A stretch of DNA of 64,000 nucleotides, taken from an uncultured Bdellovibrionales bacterium (GTDB taxonomy: Bacteria; Patescibacteriota; Minisyncoccia; Moranbacterales; UBA1568). Made by a program: the position numbers and the translations under genes. Positions within the stretch are counted from its first letter, which is position 1. The number at the start of each line of letters is the position of its first letter. Below, piece after piece: positions 1-10,447 of this stretch. Under the pieces are notes generated by a model, which had not been told where the DNA came from, made no database searches, and worked only from the letters and a program-made list of their open reading frames with translations. The stretch lies in NCBI GenBank assembly GCA_964384235.1, contig CAYLJX010000002.1, forward strand, positions 4,126 through 68,125, given 5' to 3'.

Positions 1-550
1 GGCGTAGAGGAAGTCGGGAGAGGAGGAGGTAGAAGAGGGAATATTCCCGTACGAAGAAGATGACAATGTATATCGGAACAAGAGCGGTGATGCTGAAGAT
101 GGAGAGGGGGCTCACGATGTCGGGGTTGTACCGTGAGGAGACAAGGAGAGGGATGAAGAGAATAAGCGTGACGCCGATGACGAAGGCGAAAGCGATCATC
201 TCCAGAAGGAGAACGCGAAAAAAGTTTTTCCAGAGAAAAACGAAAGAGAGCTTCCGAGAGGGAGAAGAGCCTGTTTTTTTGCGACGGGTATCGAGAGAGA
301 GAATCAGACCGGTCTTTCCGAAAAGATGGAGAAGGAGAAAAAAAACGTAGAGAAAGAAAAGAGAGAGGAGCGCGAGGAGAGGAAGTTCTTCCATCGGGGG
401 AGAAGGGGAGTCACTGAGAGAGATCGGGACGGTCTTGATGAGAAGATTACTCCCGAGAAAGGCGCAGGCCATCAGGCCACCCCAGAGGTAGAAAGAGGGG
501 TGGCTCAAAGAGATACGCCAGGCTGTGCGCAGCAGTTGGCTGAAGGGCAT
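1..550 (-). CDS. multi-pass membrane protein, 3' end runs off the window
   Basis: Read by hand (not in the track): ATG at 550 gives MPFSQLLRTAWRISLSHPSFYLWGGLMACAFLG...LLALLSLFFLYVFFLLL..., open to position 1, several hydrophobic segments; directly downstream of ftsH. Confidence 0.7.
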   Translation of the reverse strand, partial: MPFSQLLRTAWRISLSHPSFYLWGGLMACAFLGSNLLIKTVPISLSDSPSPPMEELPLLALLSLFFLYVFFLLLHLFGKTGLILSLDTRRKKTGSSPSRKLSFVFLWKNFFRVLLLEMIAFAFVIGVTLILFIPLLVSSRYNPDIVSPLSIFSITALVPIYIVIFFVREYSLFYLLLSRLPLR

Positions 551-562
551 ATTGGTCTCGTG

Positions 563-2404
563 TTAGACGGTCGCCTCCGCGGTCGCGGGAATCTTTCCCA
601 CCAGGGCGTCGAACTCGTCCTTTTCGATCGTCTCTTTTTCCAGGAGGGTTTTGGCGATCGTATCGAGAAGCGCGCGCTTTTCGGTCAGGATCTCGGTCGC
701 TTTGCGAAAGGCTTCGTCGATCAGGTGGGCGACTTCCGCATCGATGTCTTGGGCGGTCTTTTCGGAGTAATTGCGCTCCTCGTGCATCTCGCGCCCGAGG
801 AAGACAAGCTCTTCTTTCTTGCCGAAGGTGCGGGCGCCAAGGCGACTCATGCCGTAGCGGGTGACCATGTTCCTGGCCATACTGGTGGCGCGTTCAAGGT
901 CGTTGGAAGGACCGGTCGTGGTATCACCGAAGACAAGTTTCTCACTCGCGTATCCGCCGAGGAGTACGGAGAGTTCGTCGAGGAAATAGTTGTTGGAATG
1001 GAGACTCTTGTCTTCCTGGGGAACGGCAAGCGTGTAGCCGCCGGCATGACCGCGGGAGATGATAGAGACTTTTTGGACGGGATCGGCGTTGGGGAGGCTG
1101 GCGCCCACGAGCGCGTGTCCGCCCTCGTGATAGGCGATGATCTCCTTTTCTTTCTTGTTGATGGCGCGGCTTCGGCGTTCCGGACCGAGAATGACCTTCT
1201 CGATGGATTCGGTGAGTTCCGGCATGCCGATAGTCTTCTTGTTGCGACGGGTCGCGAGGATAGCGCCTTCGTTGACGAGGTTGGCGAGATCGGCACCGGA
1301 GAAGCCCGGCGTGCGTTCCGCGAGCACCCGAAGTTTCACGTTTTCTTCCAGAGGCTTGTTCTTGGTGTGGATGGTGAGGATCTGCTCGCGTTCGTTGATG
1401 TCCGGGAGATCCATGGTGACGCGGCGATCGAAGCGGCCGGGTCGCAGGAGGGCGGGGTCGAGCACGTCGGGACGGTTGGTCGAGGCGATGACGATGACGC
1501 TCGTATCGGTCTCGAAGCCGTCCATCTCGACGAGGATCTGGTTGAGGGTCTGTTCGCGCTCGTCGTGTCCGCCGCCTAAGCCCGCGCCGCGATGGCGACC
1601 GACAGCGTCGATCTCATCGATGAAGACGATGGAAGGGGCGTTTTTCTTGGCCTGCTTGAAAAGGTCGCGGACACGGCTCGCGCCCACGCCGACGAACATC
1701 TCGACGAATTCGGAACCGCTGATATTGAAGAACGGTACGCCGGCCTCTCCAGCCACGGCTTTGGCCATGAGGGTCTTTCCGGTGCCGGGAGGGCCGAGGA
1801 GGAGGACACCCTTGGGGATCTTGGCGCCCATGTTGAGGAATTTCTTGGGGTGCTTGAGGAATTCCACGACTTCCTGGAGCTCGGTCTTGGCTTCGGTGGC
1901 GCCGGCCACGTCAGCGAAGGTGAGGCGCTTCTTCTTGTCCTTGGGGTCGAGCATGCGGGCGCGGCTCATGCCGAAGGAAAGCGCCTGGGCGTTGCCGCGC
2001 TGCGCCTGACGCATCATGAACCAGATGAAGGCGGAAATGAGGATGAACGGCAGGAGAAACGGAAGAAGAGTGGCGAGCCAGAAGCCGGCCCCGGATTCTT
2101 CCTTGATATTCACGGTCACTTCCTTGAGTTTGTCCTTGTCGACACCGTAGTTGCTCAGGGTATCGGTGAGCGAACTTTCGGATTCCTTGCTGCTTTTCTG
2201 CAGGGAGTCGTCTTTCAGGGAGATTTCCAGGCTGTTGCCCTGGACGGCGATCTCCTTCACCTGACCGGCGTTGATTTCCGTCACCAGCTGGGAGAGGGAG
2301 ATGTCCGTAGGCTTCTTCTCCGGCGACTGGTAGAGGATGAAGATACCTGAGAGCAGGAGAAAGATGAGGATGAACGTGGAGAGATTGCGAAGGAGTTTGT
2401 CCAT
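563..2404 (-). CDS. ftsH: ATP-dependent zinc metalloprotease FtsH
   Basis: Two N-terminal TM helices, Walker A GPPGTGKT, Walker [25 protein letters not shown] zinc motif. Confidence 0.98.
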   Translation of the reverse strand: MDKLLRNLSTFILIFLLLSGIFILYQSPEKKPTDISLSQLVTEINAGQVKEIAVQGNSLEISLKDDSLQKSSKESESSLTDTLSNYGVDKDKLKEVTVNIKEESGAGFWLATLLPFLLPFILISAFIWFMMRQAQRGNAQALSFGMSRARMLDPKDKKKRLTFADVAGATEAKTELQEVVEFLKHPKKFLNMGAKIPKGVLLLGPPGTGKTLMAKAVAGEAGVPFFNISGSEFVEMFVGVGASRVRDLFKQAKKNAPSIVFIDEIDAVGRHRGAGLGGGHDEREQTLNQILVEMDGFETDTSVIVIASTNRPDVLDPALLRPGRFDRRVTMDLPDINEREQILTIHTKNKPLEENVKLRVLAERTPGFSGADLANLVNEGAILATRRNKKTIGMPELTESIEKVILGPERRSRAINKKEKEIIAYHEGGHALVGASLPNADPVQKVSIISRGHAGGYTLAVPQEDKSLHSNNYFLDELSVLLGGYASEKLVFGDTTTGPSNDLERATSMARNMVTRYGMSRLGARTFGKKEELVFLGREMHEERNYSEKTAQDIDAEVAHLIDEAFRKATEILTEKRALLDTIAKTLLEKETIEKDEFDALVGKIPATAEATV

Positions 2405-2427
2405 AATGTTGCGGAGAGAAAAGGAAA

Positions 2428-3501
2428 TTAGACGGTCTGAACCAATGTCACTGTATCACCTTTGATGGTGAGTTTCAACTTGCGGAAAACAAGGATTCGG
2501 TGTTTGTTTTTGGTGCTTTTGAGAGCCTTGATGATTTCATCGATCAGCTTTTTTTCCGGCGGTTTTTCCTGGAAATACGGCTTGAGAAGGGTGCGCAGAT
2601 GGAGACGCTTTGCCGGGAGCGGGAGATCGAGAAAGGCAGAGCGTGAAAAACGGAGAGAATGTCCTGTCTTTTTTGCCACGGGAGCAGGGAAAAGACTTTC
2701 CAAGAGAGAGTAATCTTCTGCCAAAAGCGAGGCGGTCGTCGCGAGGATCTTCTTGGTCTTCGGCTGGAATTTTTCCTCCAAAAGAGGGAGGAGTTCGTGA
2801 CGGATGCGGTTCCTCGTGAAGCGCGGATCCTGGTTGCTCTCATCTACCCGGTACGGAAGTTGTCGTTCCTCGAGGTAGCGGAGGATGTCTTTCCGGCTCG
2901 TCTCAAGGAAAGGACGGATGATACGGCCGGTTTTCGGGCGCATAGCGGAAAGTCCCTGGAATCCTGATCCGCGCAAAAGCCGGAAAAGAAAGGTTTCCGC
3001 CTGATCATCTTCACTGTGAGCTACAGCGATCATGTCGAAATCTTTCCGTTTGCGCACTGTTTCAAAGAAGTCATATCGGAGATCGCGCAGGGCGGATTCG
3101 AGGTTTCCGGTGATTTTTTTCTTCGGGTGGAGAACAGTGTACGGAAAGCCGTACGAATTGGCGCGTTCCCGGACGAGTTTTTCATCGAGATCCGAGGCGC
3201 GGCCGCGGAGCGAATAGTTCACATGGGCGACGTGGAGACGAAAGCCGTATTTGGGTGCGAGAAAGGCAAGGACGTCGAGAAGGGAGAGGCTGTCCGGTCC
3301 GCCGGAAACGCCGACGATGATGCGAGAACCCTTTTTCCAGAGCTCGTTTCGGAAAGCGAAGTCCTGGATCCGCTTGACGAAGCGGCGGGCGAAGGGAGAA
3401 AGCGTGATCTCAGCCGATCTGGGCGTGCTTTCGGATGATCTCGTACGCTTTTTGGACGGCTTCGTCGAGTTTCCCTTGTTCGTTTTCGATGGTGTAGTCA
3501 T
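2428..3501 (-). CDS. tilS: tRNA(Ile)-lysidine synthetase (start uncertain)
   Basis: PP-loop VSGGPDS, AHSEDDQAETFLFRLLRGSG, DESNQDPRFTRNRIR; first in-frame ATG upstream of the domain is at 3501, inside gmk. Confidence 0.93.
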   Translation of the reverse strand: MTTPSKTNKGNSTKPSKKRTRSSESTPRSAEITLSPFARRFVKRIQDFAFRNELWKKGSRIIVGVSGGPDSLSLLDVLAFLAPKYGFRLHVAHVNYSLRGRASDLDEKLVRERANSYGFPYTVLHPKKKITGNLESALRDLRYDFFETVRKRKDFDMIAVAHSEDDQAETFLFRLLRGSGFQGLSAMRPKTGRIIRPFLETSRKDILRYLEERQLPYRVDESNQDPRFTRNRIRHELLPLLEEKFQPKTKKILATTASLLAEDYSLLESLFPAPVAKKTGHSLRFSRSAFLDLPLPAKRLHLRTLLKPYFQEKPPEKKLIDEIIKALKSTKNKHRILVFRKLKLTIKGDTVTLVQTV

Positions 3502-3973
3502 AGATATCGGTGTGTTTGAGCCATTCCCGGGTGTACTCCATGCGCTCACGCAAGCTTTCTTCAGAGGGGTTGTCCCGTCTGCGGATGCGTTCTTCAAGGA
3601 TGTCGAGCGGAGCGGTGATCAGGATGGCGATGATGTCGGGAAAGAGCCGTTTGGCGGTCATCACGCCCTGGTATTCGATCTTCCATATGCCGATTTTTTT
3701 GGAGCGGGCCACCCGGTCTATCTCTTGGTGGGTGACGCCGGCCCATTGGTCATTGTATTGCTGCGCGTATTCGATGAAGTCGCCGGCAGCTATCTTTTCT
3801 TTGAATTCGGTTTCGGAAATGAACCAGTACGGGTTGCCCTGGCTCTCACCTTGACGCATCGCGCGGCTGCGGGTTGTGATGACGCGCTCGATGGGAAGAA
3901 GCTTCTGGAGGCTGTTGATGATGGAGTCTTCGCCGGCGCCGGAGGGTCCGGAAATGATGAACACGTTCTGCAT
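3410..3973 (-). CDS. gmk: guanylate kinase
   Basis: SGPSGAGE P-loop variant, TTRSRAMRQGESQGNPYWF, EYAQQYNDQW, YDYTIEN. Confidence 0.9.
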   Translation of the reverse strand: MQNVFIISGPSGAGEDSIINSLQKLLPIERVITTRSRAMRQGESQGNPYWFISETEFKEKIAAGDFIEYAQQYNDQWAGVTHQEIDRVARSKKIGIWKIEYQGVMTAKRLFPDIIAILITAPLDILEERIRRRDNPSEESLRERMEYTREWLKHTDIYDYTIENEQGKLDEAVQKAYEIIRKHAQIG

Positions 3974-3986
3974 AGGGGGTGTGGTT

Positions 3987-4149
3987 AGAGTCTATCTCAA
4001 AAATAGCTTTCAGACGATTTTTCTGTAATTTCGAGCGAAACGTTTGAAGGGTGAGGAGGAATAACGGGACTTTATTCCGACGAGCCGTGAAAGCGGTGCA
4101 GCCGAAATTCAGGAAAATCCAGTCAAAGAGTATTTTTGAGATAGACTCT
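3987..4149. mobile_element. MITE-like element with 19-bp perfect terminal inverted repeats
   Basis: AGAGTCTATCTCAAAAATA (3987-4005) / TATTTTTGAGATAGACTCT (4131-4149), with nested internal stems; no coding capacity. Confidence 0.7.
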
Positions 4150-4155
4150 GATTAC

Positions 4156-4189
4156 GAAAACACCCTTCGGCAGGCGAGAGGGTGTTTTC
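4156..4189 (-). terminator. intrinsic terminator after rpsA
   Basis: AAAACACCCT...AGGGTGTTTT hairpin just downstream of the rpsA stop. Confidence 0.55.
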
Positions 4190-4197
4190 CGAGAGAT

Positions 4198-5355
4198 TTA
4201 GGCTTCCTTTTCTTCTTTCTTGGCAGCGCCTTCCCGGACGGGGAGGAGTCCGAGACGGTGGCTGCGCGGCTCGATAGAGAGGATCTTCCAGGTATAGGTG
4301 TCGCCTTCCTTGAAGACTTCTTCGATCTTGCGGCCGGGATAGATGTCCTGGAACTCGGAGACATGGGCGAGACCATGGATGTCCTTGTCGAGATAGACGA
4401 AGGCGCCGAAGTGGTTGATCTTGTCGACTTTGCCCGGGACGGTGTCGCCGACCTTGTACTTGTCGAGGACGCTGTTCCATGGGTCTTCCTTGAGGGCCTT
4501 CATGGAGAGGGAGATGCGGGTGTCTTCGATGCCGATGATCTTAGCCTTGACGGAGTCGCCGGTCTTCACGATCTCGCGAGGATCGTCGATGAGCTGCCAG
4601 GCGAGCTCGGAGATGTGGACCAGGCCCTCGAGTTTCTCGGAAGGTTTCTTTTCACCTTCCTTGACGGGCGGGGAGAATTTCACGAAGGCGCCGAAGTCCA
4701 CGACGCCGCTCACCTCGCCTTCGACGGTGTCACCCACCTGGAGGAGATTGATGAGAGCGCGTTCTTTTTCGCTCTGCGCGGCCTTTTCCGAGACGATCAG
4801 CTTCTCATTGTCGCGATCGGCGTCCAGGATACGGACCTGGATCTCGAGGCCGATGAGTTTCTTGAGAAGATCGAGGATCTTGTTCTTGTCACCGTCCTCG
4901 ACGCGTGGGTAGTGCTCGCTCGCGAGCTGGGAGACCGGGAGGAAGCCGGCGATGCCGTTCACTTCGATCATGAGACCGCCCTTGTTGGCTTCGGTGACCT
5001 TGGTGGTGACGACTTCGCGGTTGGTGAGCTTGTGCTCGATGTCTTCCCAGGACTTCTCATAGGAGGCTTCACGGACGGAAAGCTCGATGTAGCCGTCCTC
5101 GTTCTCAAAGCTCATGAGGGTGGCGTTCACGGTGCTTCCGACCTTGAGTTTGCCGCCTTCGCCGAGACCGTCGCGCATTTCCTTGCCGAGAACGATACCG
5201 GTACCGAGGGGTCCGAGGTCGATGAGAGCCTGGTTGGACGTGACGTGGATGACGGTGCCCGAGATGACGTCGCCGAGCTCAGGGATGTCCACGACATGCT
5301 GAGTGAGGAGCTCTTCCATGACGGAAGGCGTCTCCTGGGTTGTTTCCGTAGTCAT
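4198..5355 (-). CDS. rpsA: 30S ribosomal protein S1 (four S1 domains)
   Basis: Repeated S1 motifs (NKGGL..GFLPVSQL, DFGAFV..EGLVHISELAW, HFGAFV..HGLAHVSE); ATG at 5355. Confidence 0.93.
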   Translation of the reverse strand: MTTETTQETPSVMEELLTQHVVDIPELGDVISGTVIHVTSNQALIDLGPLGTGIVLGKEMRDGLGEGGKLKVGSTVNATLMSFENEDGYIELSVREASYEKSWEDIEHKLTNREVVTTKVTEANKGGLMIEVNGIAGFLPVSQLASEHYPRVEDGDKNKILDLLKKLIGLEIQVRILDADRDNEKLIVSEKAAQSEKERALINLLQVGDTVEGEVSGVVDFGAFVKFSPPVKEGEKKPSEKLEGLVHISELAWQLIDDPREIVKTGDSVKAKIIGIEDTRISLSMKALKEDPWNSVLDKYKVGDTVPGKVDKINHFGAFVYLDKDIHGLAHVSEFQDIYPGRKIEEVFKEGDTYTWKILSIEPRSHRLGLLPVREGAAKKEEKEA

Positions 5356-5625
5356 ATGATTGATGAGGGGCAAGAGCGCCAATCTTGCTGTAAATAAAGG
5401 ATTACAAGCGCTAAAAAACGAAAAAACACCGACAAATGAGGGGTGTTTGGATAACCGACGAAATCGCGAGGATTAAGCATCCTCGTATTCAGTTGTGTTA
5501 ACCAATTACCTTTAAGAGAGTATAAGGGAAAATGCGATTTTTGGCAAGCCTGAAGACTTCTTTGCGCGTGACAGGGACGTAGGTTTTTGCTACAATAGTT
5601 TTGTTAAGCGGGAAAACAGCATGCT

Positions 5626-6285
5626 ATGAATATCCAATACTACGGGGATTATTGCTTCAAGATAAGCACCAAACCGGCCGGACGAGCGACGGAAGATGTG
5701 GTCATCTGGACCGATCCGTTGGAAAAGGGGGCCGGACTGCGATCGCCGCAGGGACAGGCCGATGTCGTGTTTTTGACGCACGGCGACAGCGAGGAGGCGA
5801 GGAACAGCCTCAAGGGTGAACCGATCGTTTTCGATGCGCCGGGCGAATACGCCGTAAAGGGTATCTCGGCTTTGGGCTTTGCGAGTTTTCGGGACGGAAA
5901 GGAAGGAGCTGAGCGCGGTCAGAATACGATATTTGTCTTCGAAAGCGAGGATATCCATGTGGCTTTTCTCGGCGCGTTAGGGCACGACCTGTCGCCTGAG
6001 CTTTTGGACAAACTGAACGGCGTGGACGTGCTCTTTATTCCGGTCGGCGGCTCGGACACTCTTTCTCCCAAGCTTGCTTCGGAATTGGCGCGCAAGATCG
6101 AGCCGAGCATCATCATCCCGATGCACTACAAGATACCGGGACTGACGCTTCCCTTGGAGAGCGAGAAATCTTTCTGTGACGCCATCGGGAGCTGTCCGCA
6201 GGGTGCCCAGTCGAAGTTCAATATCAAGAAGAAGGATTTTGAAGGGAAACAGTTGGAGATTGTATTGCTCGAACGAGGTTCGTAG
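5626..6285 (+). CDS. MBL-fold metallo-hydrolase (Lactamase_B_3-like)
   Basis: MNIQYYGDYCF, DVVFLTH, PGEYAVKG, DVLFIPVGG, IIPMHY; metal motif degenerate. Confidence 0.8.
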   Translation: MNIQYYGDYCFKISTKPAGRATEDVVIWTDPLEKGAGLRSPQGQADVVFLTHGDSEEARNSLKGEPIVFDAPGEYAVKGISALGFASFRDGKEGAERGQNTIFVFESEDIHVAFLGALGHDLSPELLDKLNGVDVLFIPVGGSDTLSPKLASELARKIEPSIIIPMHYKIPGLTLPLESEKSFCDAIGSCPQGAQSKFNIKKKDFEGKQLEIVLLERGS

Positions 6286-6286
6286 G

Positions 6287-6408
6287 AGGAACCTTGTATT
6301 TGGCACATTTCTTTGTTCCGAGCTCTGGTGCTCGACGCCGTACGTTATCAGTACGGCTTACTCCGCTCCTCGCTCGCGCCTCGAACTGTACTCAAATACA
6401 AGATTCCT
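6287..6408 (+). repeat. structured dispersed repeat, copy 1
   Basis: ~90-nt core nearly identical to the core of 54905-55026; closed by AGGAACCTTGTATTTG/CAAATACAAGATTCCT. Confidence 0.85.
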
Positions 6409-6417
6409 TATAAGATA

Positions 6418-6912
6418 ATGGTTATGAGAGAGACGCTCTGGGAAAAAATCGAGAAGATCCGACAGGAACCGGAGCATATCCGTCGTCGCTATGTGTATGG
6501 CTGTCTCGTCGTTTCCATGGCGTTCGTTCTCGGTATCTGGTCGCTTTCTCTCAAGGAAAGTTTCCGGAGTGTGGCCAAGGACGTGCCGCAGGCGGTCGAG
6601 AAGGGTAAGGAACTCATTCCGCAGAACAACCAGGCTTCCCTTTCCGATCTTCTGGAGCAGGAGAGATCACTCTCGACATCCGGCGAAGAGCTCTCGGGGC
6701 AGGAATATTTTCAGGAACAGCTGAAGCAACGTGCCGAAAGCCAGTCTCCCGGGATGACGGAAGAAGGTGTTGATTCCGGATCGGTCAACGACCGCACGTC
6801 GACACTGGAACTGCCTTCCCAAGGAACCTTCCCCGAAAGAAAAGAAAAGGTTTCATCTCCGGAAGATCAACCGATGAAAGAAGAAGCTGAAGATACGAAC
6901 GAATATCAGTAA
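6418..6912 (+). CDS. hypothetical single-pass membrane protein
   Basis: [41 protein letters not shown]: one TM plus acidic tail; the track start at 6313 lies inside the repeat. Confidence 0.7.
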   Translation: MVMRETLWEKIEKIRQEPEHIRRRYVYGCLVVSMAFVLGIWSLSLKESFRSVAKDVPQAVEKGKELIPQNNQASLSDLLEQERSLSTSGEELSGQEYFQEQLKQRAESQSPGMTEEGVDSGSVNDRTSTLELPSQGTFPERKEKVSSPEDQPMKEEAEDTNEYQ

Positions 6913-6916
6913 CAAG

Positions 6917-9376
6917 ATGAGCGCTATGTCAGAAAAAACGGCATTTCATGAAGGAAAAATCGAAGCCCGTTCCATCGCGGACGAAGTGAAGCAATCCTAC
7001 CTCGACTATGCGATGAGCGTCATCGTGGCGCGCGCCCTGCCGGACGTCCGTGACGGTCTCAAGCCGGTGCACCGCCGCATCCTCTACTCCATGTGGTCGA
7101 CGGGGCTCCGCTCCACGGCCAAGTTCCGCAAATCAGCCACCGTGGTCGGTGAGGTGCTCGGTAAATACCACCCGCATGGCGATACGGCGGTGTATGACAC
7201 GATGGTCCGCATGGCGCAGGATTTCTCGCTCCGCTACCCGTTGGTGTGGGGACAGGGAAACTTCGGCTCGATGGACGGCGACAGCGCCGCGGCCTACCGT
7301 TACACCGAAGCCAAGCTCACGCCCATTGCCGAGGAGATGCTTCTCGATATCGAAAAGGACACAGTGGACTTCGTCCCCAACTTCGACGGGATGCACGACG
7401 AGCCGCTGGTCCTCCCGGCCAAGCTCCCGCAGCTCCTCCTCAACGGTACGGTCGGTATCGCGGTCGGTATGGCGACCAATATCCCGCCGCACAATCTCAA
7501 CGAACTCGTCGACGGTATCTGTCACCTCATCGATCATCCGGAGGCGAGTGTCGAGGACCTCATGCAGTTCGTGAAGGGGCCGGACTTTCCGACGGGCGGC
7601 ATCATCTACAACCAGAAGGACATCCGCGAAGCCTATGCCACCGGCAAGGGACCGATCATGACGCGCGCCAAGGCGGAGATCGTCGAGAACAAGGCCGGAC
7701 AATTCCAGATCATCGTGACCGAGATGACCTACGCGACCAACAAGGCCTCGCTCATCATGAAGATCGCCGACCTCGTGAAGGAAGACAAGCTCCAGGGGAT
7801 CAAGGATCTGCGCGACGAGTCCGACAAGGACGGCGTGCGTATCGTGGTCGACCTCAAGAAGGAAGCCTTCCCGCAGAAGGTCCTCAACTCGCTCTACCAG
7901 ATGACGGACCTGCAGAAGAATTTCAACGTCAACATGCTGGCCCTCGTCGACGGCGTCGATCCGCAGATCCTCACGCTCAAGTCCATCCTCGAACACTATA
8001 TCGTCCACCGCGAGAAGGTGGTGACGCGGCGCGCGCAGTATGAGCTCCAGAAGGCCAAGGATCGTGCCCACATCCTCGAGGGTCTCAAGAAGGCGCTCGA
8101 CCACATCGACGCCATCATCGATACCATCAAGAAGTCCCCGACCAAGGAAGAGGCGCACGCGAACCTCATGAAGAAGTTCAAGCTCTCCGAGCGGCAGGCG
8201 ACTGCTATCCTCGAGATGCGCCTCCAGACGCTCTCCGGACTGGAGCGCAAGAAGATCGAGGACGAGCTCGACGAGAAACTCAAACTCATCGCCTACCTCG
8301 AAGACCTCCTCAAACACCGTAAGAAGATCCTCGCCCTCGTGAAGAGCGAACTCGTCGAAGTGCGCGACAAATTCGGCGATGAGCGCCGCACCCGGGTGGT
8401 CAAGACCGGTGTCTCGGAGTTCAAGCAGGAAGATCTCATCCCCAACGAGGAGGCCATCGTCACGCTCACCGAGGATGGGTACATCAAGCGCATGAACCCG
8501 AGCGTCTATCGCGTGCAGAAGCGCGGCGGCAAGGGTGTCATCGGCGCGACGACCAAGGAAGAAGACCGTATCGCCAAGGTGCTCACCATCGAGACGCACG
8601 ACAACCTCATGTTCTTCACTGACACGGGTAAGGTCTTCCAGACGAAGGCCTATGAGATCCCGGAATCGTCCCGCACGGCCAAGGGTCAGGCCATCGTCAA
8701 CTTCCTCCAGATCTCTCCGGAGGAGAAGATCACGGCCATGATCGCCCTCAAGAAGGACGGGGCGCAGAAGTACCTCTTCATGGCGACTGCGAACGGTACC
8801 ATCAAGAAATCAAAGCTCGAAGACTTCGAAAACGTCCGCCGGAGCGGTCTCATCGCCATCAATCTGGAGAAGGGAGACTTCCTCGGATGGGTGCGCGCGA
8901 CGACCGGCGGGGACGAAGTGGTGCTCACGACGTCCGAGGCGCAGGCCATCCGTTTCAAGGAATCCGATGTCCGTCCGATGGGACGCACGGCTGCTGGCGT
9001 GCGCGGGATGAAGCTCAAGGGTTCTGACAAGATCGTCGCGATGGACGTGGTCGGTAAGGATGAAAAAGGCATGGAGCTCTTCATCCTCTCGCAGAACGGC
9101 CTCGGCAAACGGAGCGAACTCAAGTCCTACAAGATTCAGAAGCGTGGCGGCTCCGGTATCAAGACCATGCATCTCACGCCGAAGACCGGTAGGCTCGTCG
9201 GCGCGAGGATCACGAGCATGGCGGATGTGGAGAACGACATCATCATCACCTCGGAGAAGGGGACGATCATCCGGGTGCCCTTCAAGAGCGTGCCGCTCCT
9301 CGGCCGCGTGACGCAGGGGGTGCGCGTCATGAAGCCCCAGGCTGGCGACAGTGTCGCAGCGTTCACGCTGCTGTAG
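6917..9376 (+). CDS. gyrA: DNA gyrase subunit A
   Basis: [30 protein letters not shown] active-site Tyr, GyrA-box QKRGGKG, C-terminal beta-pinwheel repeats. Confidence 0.98.
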   Translation: MSAMSEKTAFHEGKIEARSIADEVKQSYLDYAMSVIVARALPDVRDGLKPVHRRILYSMWSTGLRSTAKFRKSATVVGEVLGKYHPHGDTAVYDTMVRMAQDFSLRYPLVWGQGNFGSMDGDSAAAYRYTEAKLTPIAEEMLLDIEKDTVDFVPNFDGMHDEPLVLPAKLPQLLLNGTVGIAVGMATNIPPHNLNELVDGICHLIDHPEASVEDLMQFVKGPDFPTGGIIYNQKDIREAYATGKGPIMTRAKAEIVENKAGQFQIIVTEMTYATNKASLIMKIADLVKEDKLQGIKDLRDESDKDGVRIVVDLKKEAFPQKVLNSLYQMTDLQKNFNVNMLALVDGVDPQILTLKSILEHYIVHREKVVTRRAQYELQKAKDRAHILEGLKKALDHIDAIIDTIKKSPTKEEAHANLMKKFKLSERQATAILEMRLQTLSGLERKKIEDELDEKLKLIAYLEDLLKHRKKILALVKSELVEVRDKFGDERRTRVVKTGVSEFKQEDLIPNEEAIVTLTEDGYIKRMNPSVYRVQKRGGKGVIGATTKEEDRIAKVLTIETHDNLMFFTDTGKVFQTKAYEIPESSRTAKGQAIVNFLQISPEEKITAMIALKKDGAQKYLFMATANGTIKKSKLEDFENVRRSGLIAINLEKGDFLGWVRATTGGDEVVLTTSEAQAIRFKESDVRPMGRTAAGVRGMKLKGSDKIVAMDVVGKDEKGMELFILSQNGLGKRSELKSYKIQKRGGSGIKTMHLTPKTGRLVGARITSMADVENDIIITSEKGTIIRVPFKSVPLLGRVTQGVRVMKPQAGDSVAAFTLL

Positions 9377-9403
9377 GGCTGTAGTATTGACTTAAAAAAG
9401 AGC

Positions 9404-9437
9404 AGGCTCCGAGCGCGTTGGCGTCGGAGCCTTTTTC
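9404..9437 (+). terminator. intrinsic terminator after gyrA
   Basis: AGGCTCCGA...TCGGAGCCT followed by a T-run. Confidence 0.65.
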
Positions 9438-9461
9438 GATGAGCCGGGTTGGGCTGTCGAG

Positions 9462-9743
9462 CTAATGGGCGGAGCTCACCAGAATTCGATGTGTGCCATC
9501 CTCTTCTTCATAAGCGAGGAGCTTGATGCTGTCCGGTTCGATGGTGTGACCGTCATAGCCGTTCTGTTCCTTGTTCCAGAAACGGAAGACAGCCTGGAGA
9601 GTCCATGAGATACCGTGGCCATCGTGATACGTTATCTTGACCGCATCCGCATCTTCGTAGGCGGCTAGGATATCGGTCCACGGGGTTTTGAGGGGAAAAT
9701 CCCCAAGAGCCACCGAACCGAAAGCAACGTCAGAGTCGATCAT
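9462..9743 (-). CDS. hypothetical protein (93 aa)
   Basis: Strong SD GAGGAGG upstream of the ATG; no recognisable motif. Confidence 0.6.
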   Translation of the reverse strand: MIDSDVAFGSVALGDFPLKTPWTDILAAYEDADAVKITYHDGHGISWTLQAVFRFWNKEQNGYDGHTIEPDSIKLLAYEEEDGTHRILVSSAH

Positions 9744-9917
9744 AACGTCCTCCTCATCAGGTTGAAAAGAGAATGAAAGGAACAGGTCTTTTCCACAGGT
9801 TTGTGGAGACGCTTCATTTAATCAAGTCTCAATCTGACTGTCAAGAACAAAAAAGTACTGAAAAGAAAAAGACCAGGGCGCGATGCGTCCTGGCTTGAGG
9901 AAAGATGACCGGAGGTG

Positions 9918-10259
9918 TCAGGACACTTTGGCCATGAAGAGAAGGTTGCTGATCGCGAGGGTGTGCTCGCCGCTCTTGGCGGAGATGAGGTACCCTTCTG
10001 CGGATACGGCGTGCCGGTTGACCGTGAGGGATATCTCATGCGGTGTCAGACGGATGCCATTTCCCTCCATCTTGATGTGAATCTTGTTCCCGTTCGGGAA
10101 GATGGTGTGGAGGACTCCCAGGGAGGCGGCTCCCTGCATGTCGGTCAACCGGATGGTTCTCTCGGGCCTTCTCGGCTTGACTTCCAGGGATTTGCTCCAA
10201 GGAGAATATGCCGCCCGGAGTTCCAGGGTTAGAGGTTTCGCTTCGGTTCTCTGTGCCAC
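9918..10259 (-). CDS. hypothetical protein (113 aa)
   Basis: GTG start with GGGAG upstream; fills the intergenic space; no motif recognised. Confidence 0.45.
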   Translation of the reverse strand: MAQRTEAKPLTLELRAAYSPWSKSLEVKPRRPERTIRLTDMQGAASLGVLHTIFPNGNKIHIKMEGNGIRLTPHEISLTVNRHAVSAEGYLISAKSGEHTLAISNLLFMAKVS

Positions 10260-10447
10260 GTTGTCAATCTCCCATGAATGACGTCTCGGTTGAGGCGTTT
10301 CGGCTCATTAAAGCATGCTCTCATGGTTTCGTCAATAAAATATTTGCCAAGTCTGTAAACCCGTGGTACAGTTCTTTCGTATAATTTTTCATCACGAGCG
10401 GATGCTGGTCCTGGGATACCGGGGCGAACGTCTGGCTGACAATGCTT

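Noticed and set aside
326-2350. Long antisense ORFs opposite ftsH (similar ones oppose rpsA, gyrA, comM, typA, copA and the 29.4 kb gene)
   Set aside because: Shadow ORFs caused by strong C/G-ending codon bias; no motifs.
9785-9810. oriC near gyrA
   Set aside because: Only one or two imperfect DnaA boxes, no cluster, and no dnaA/dnaN nearby.
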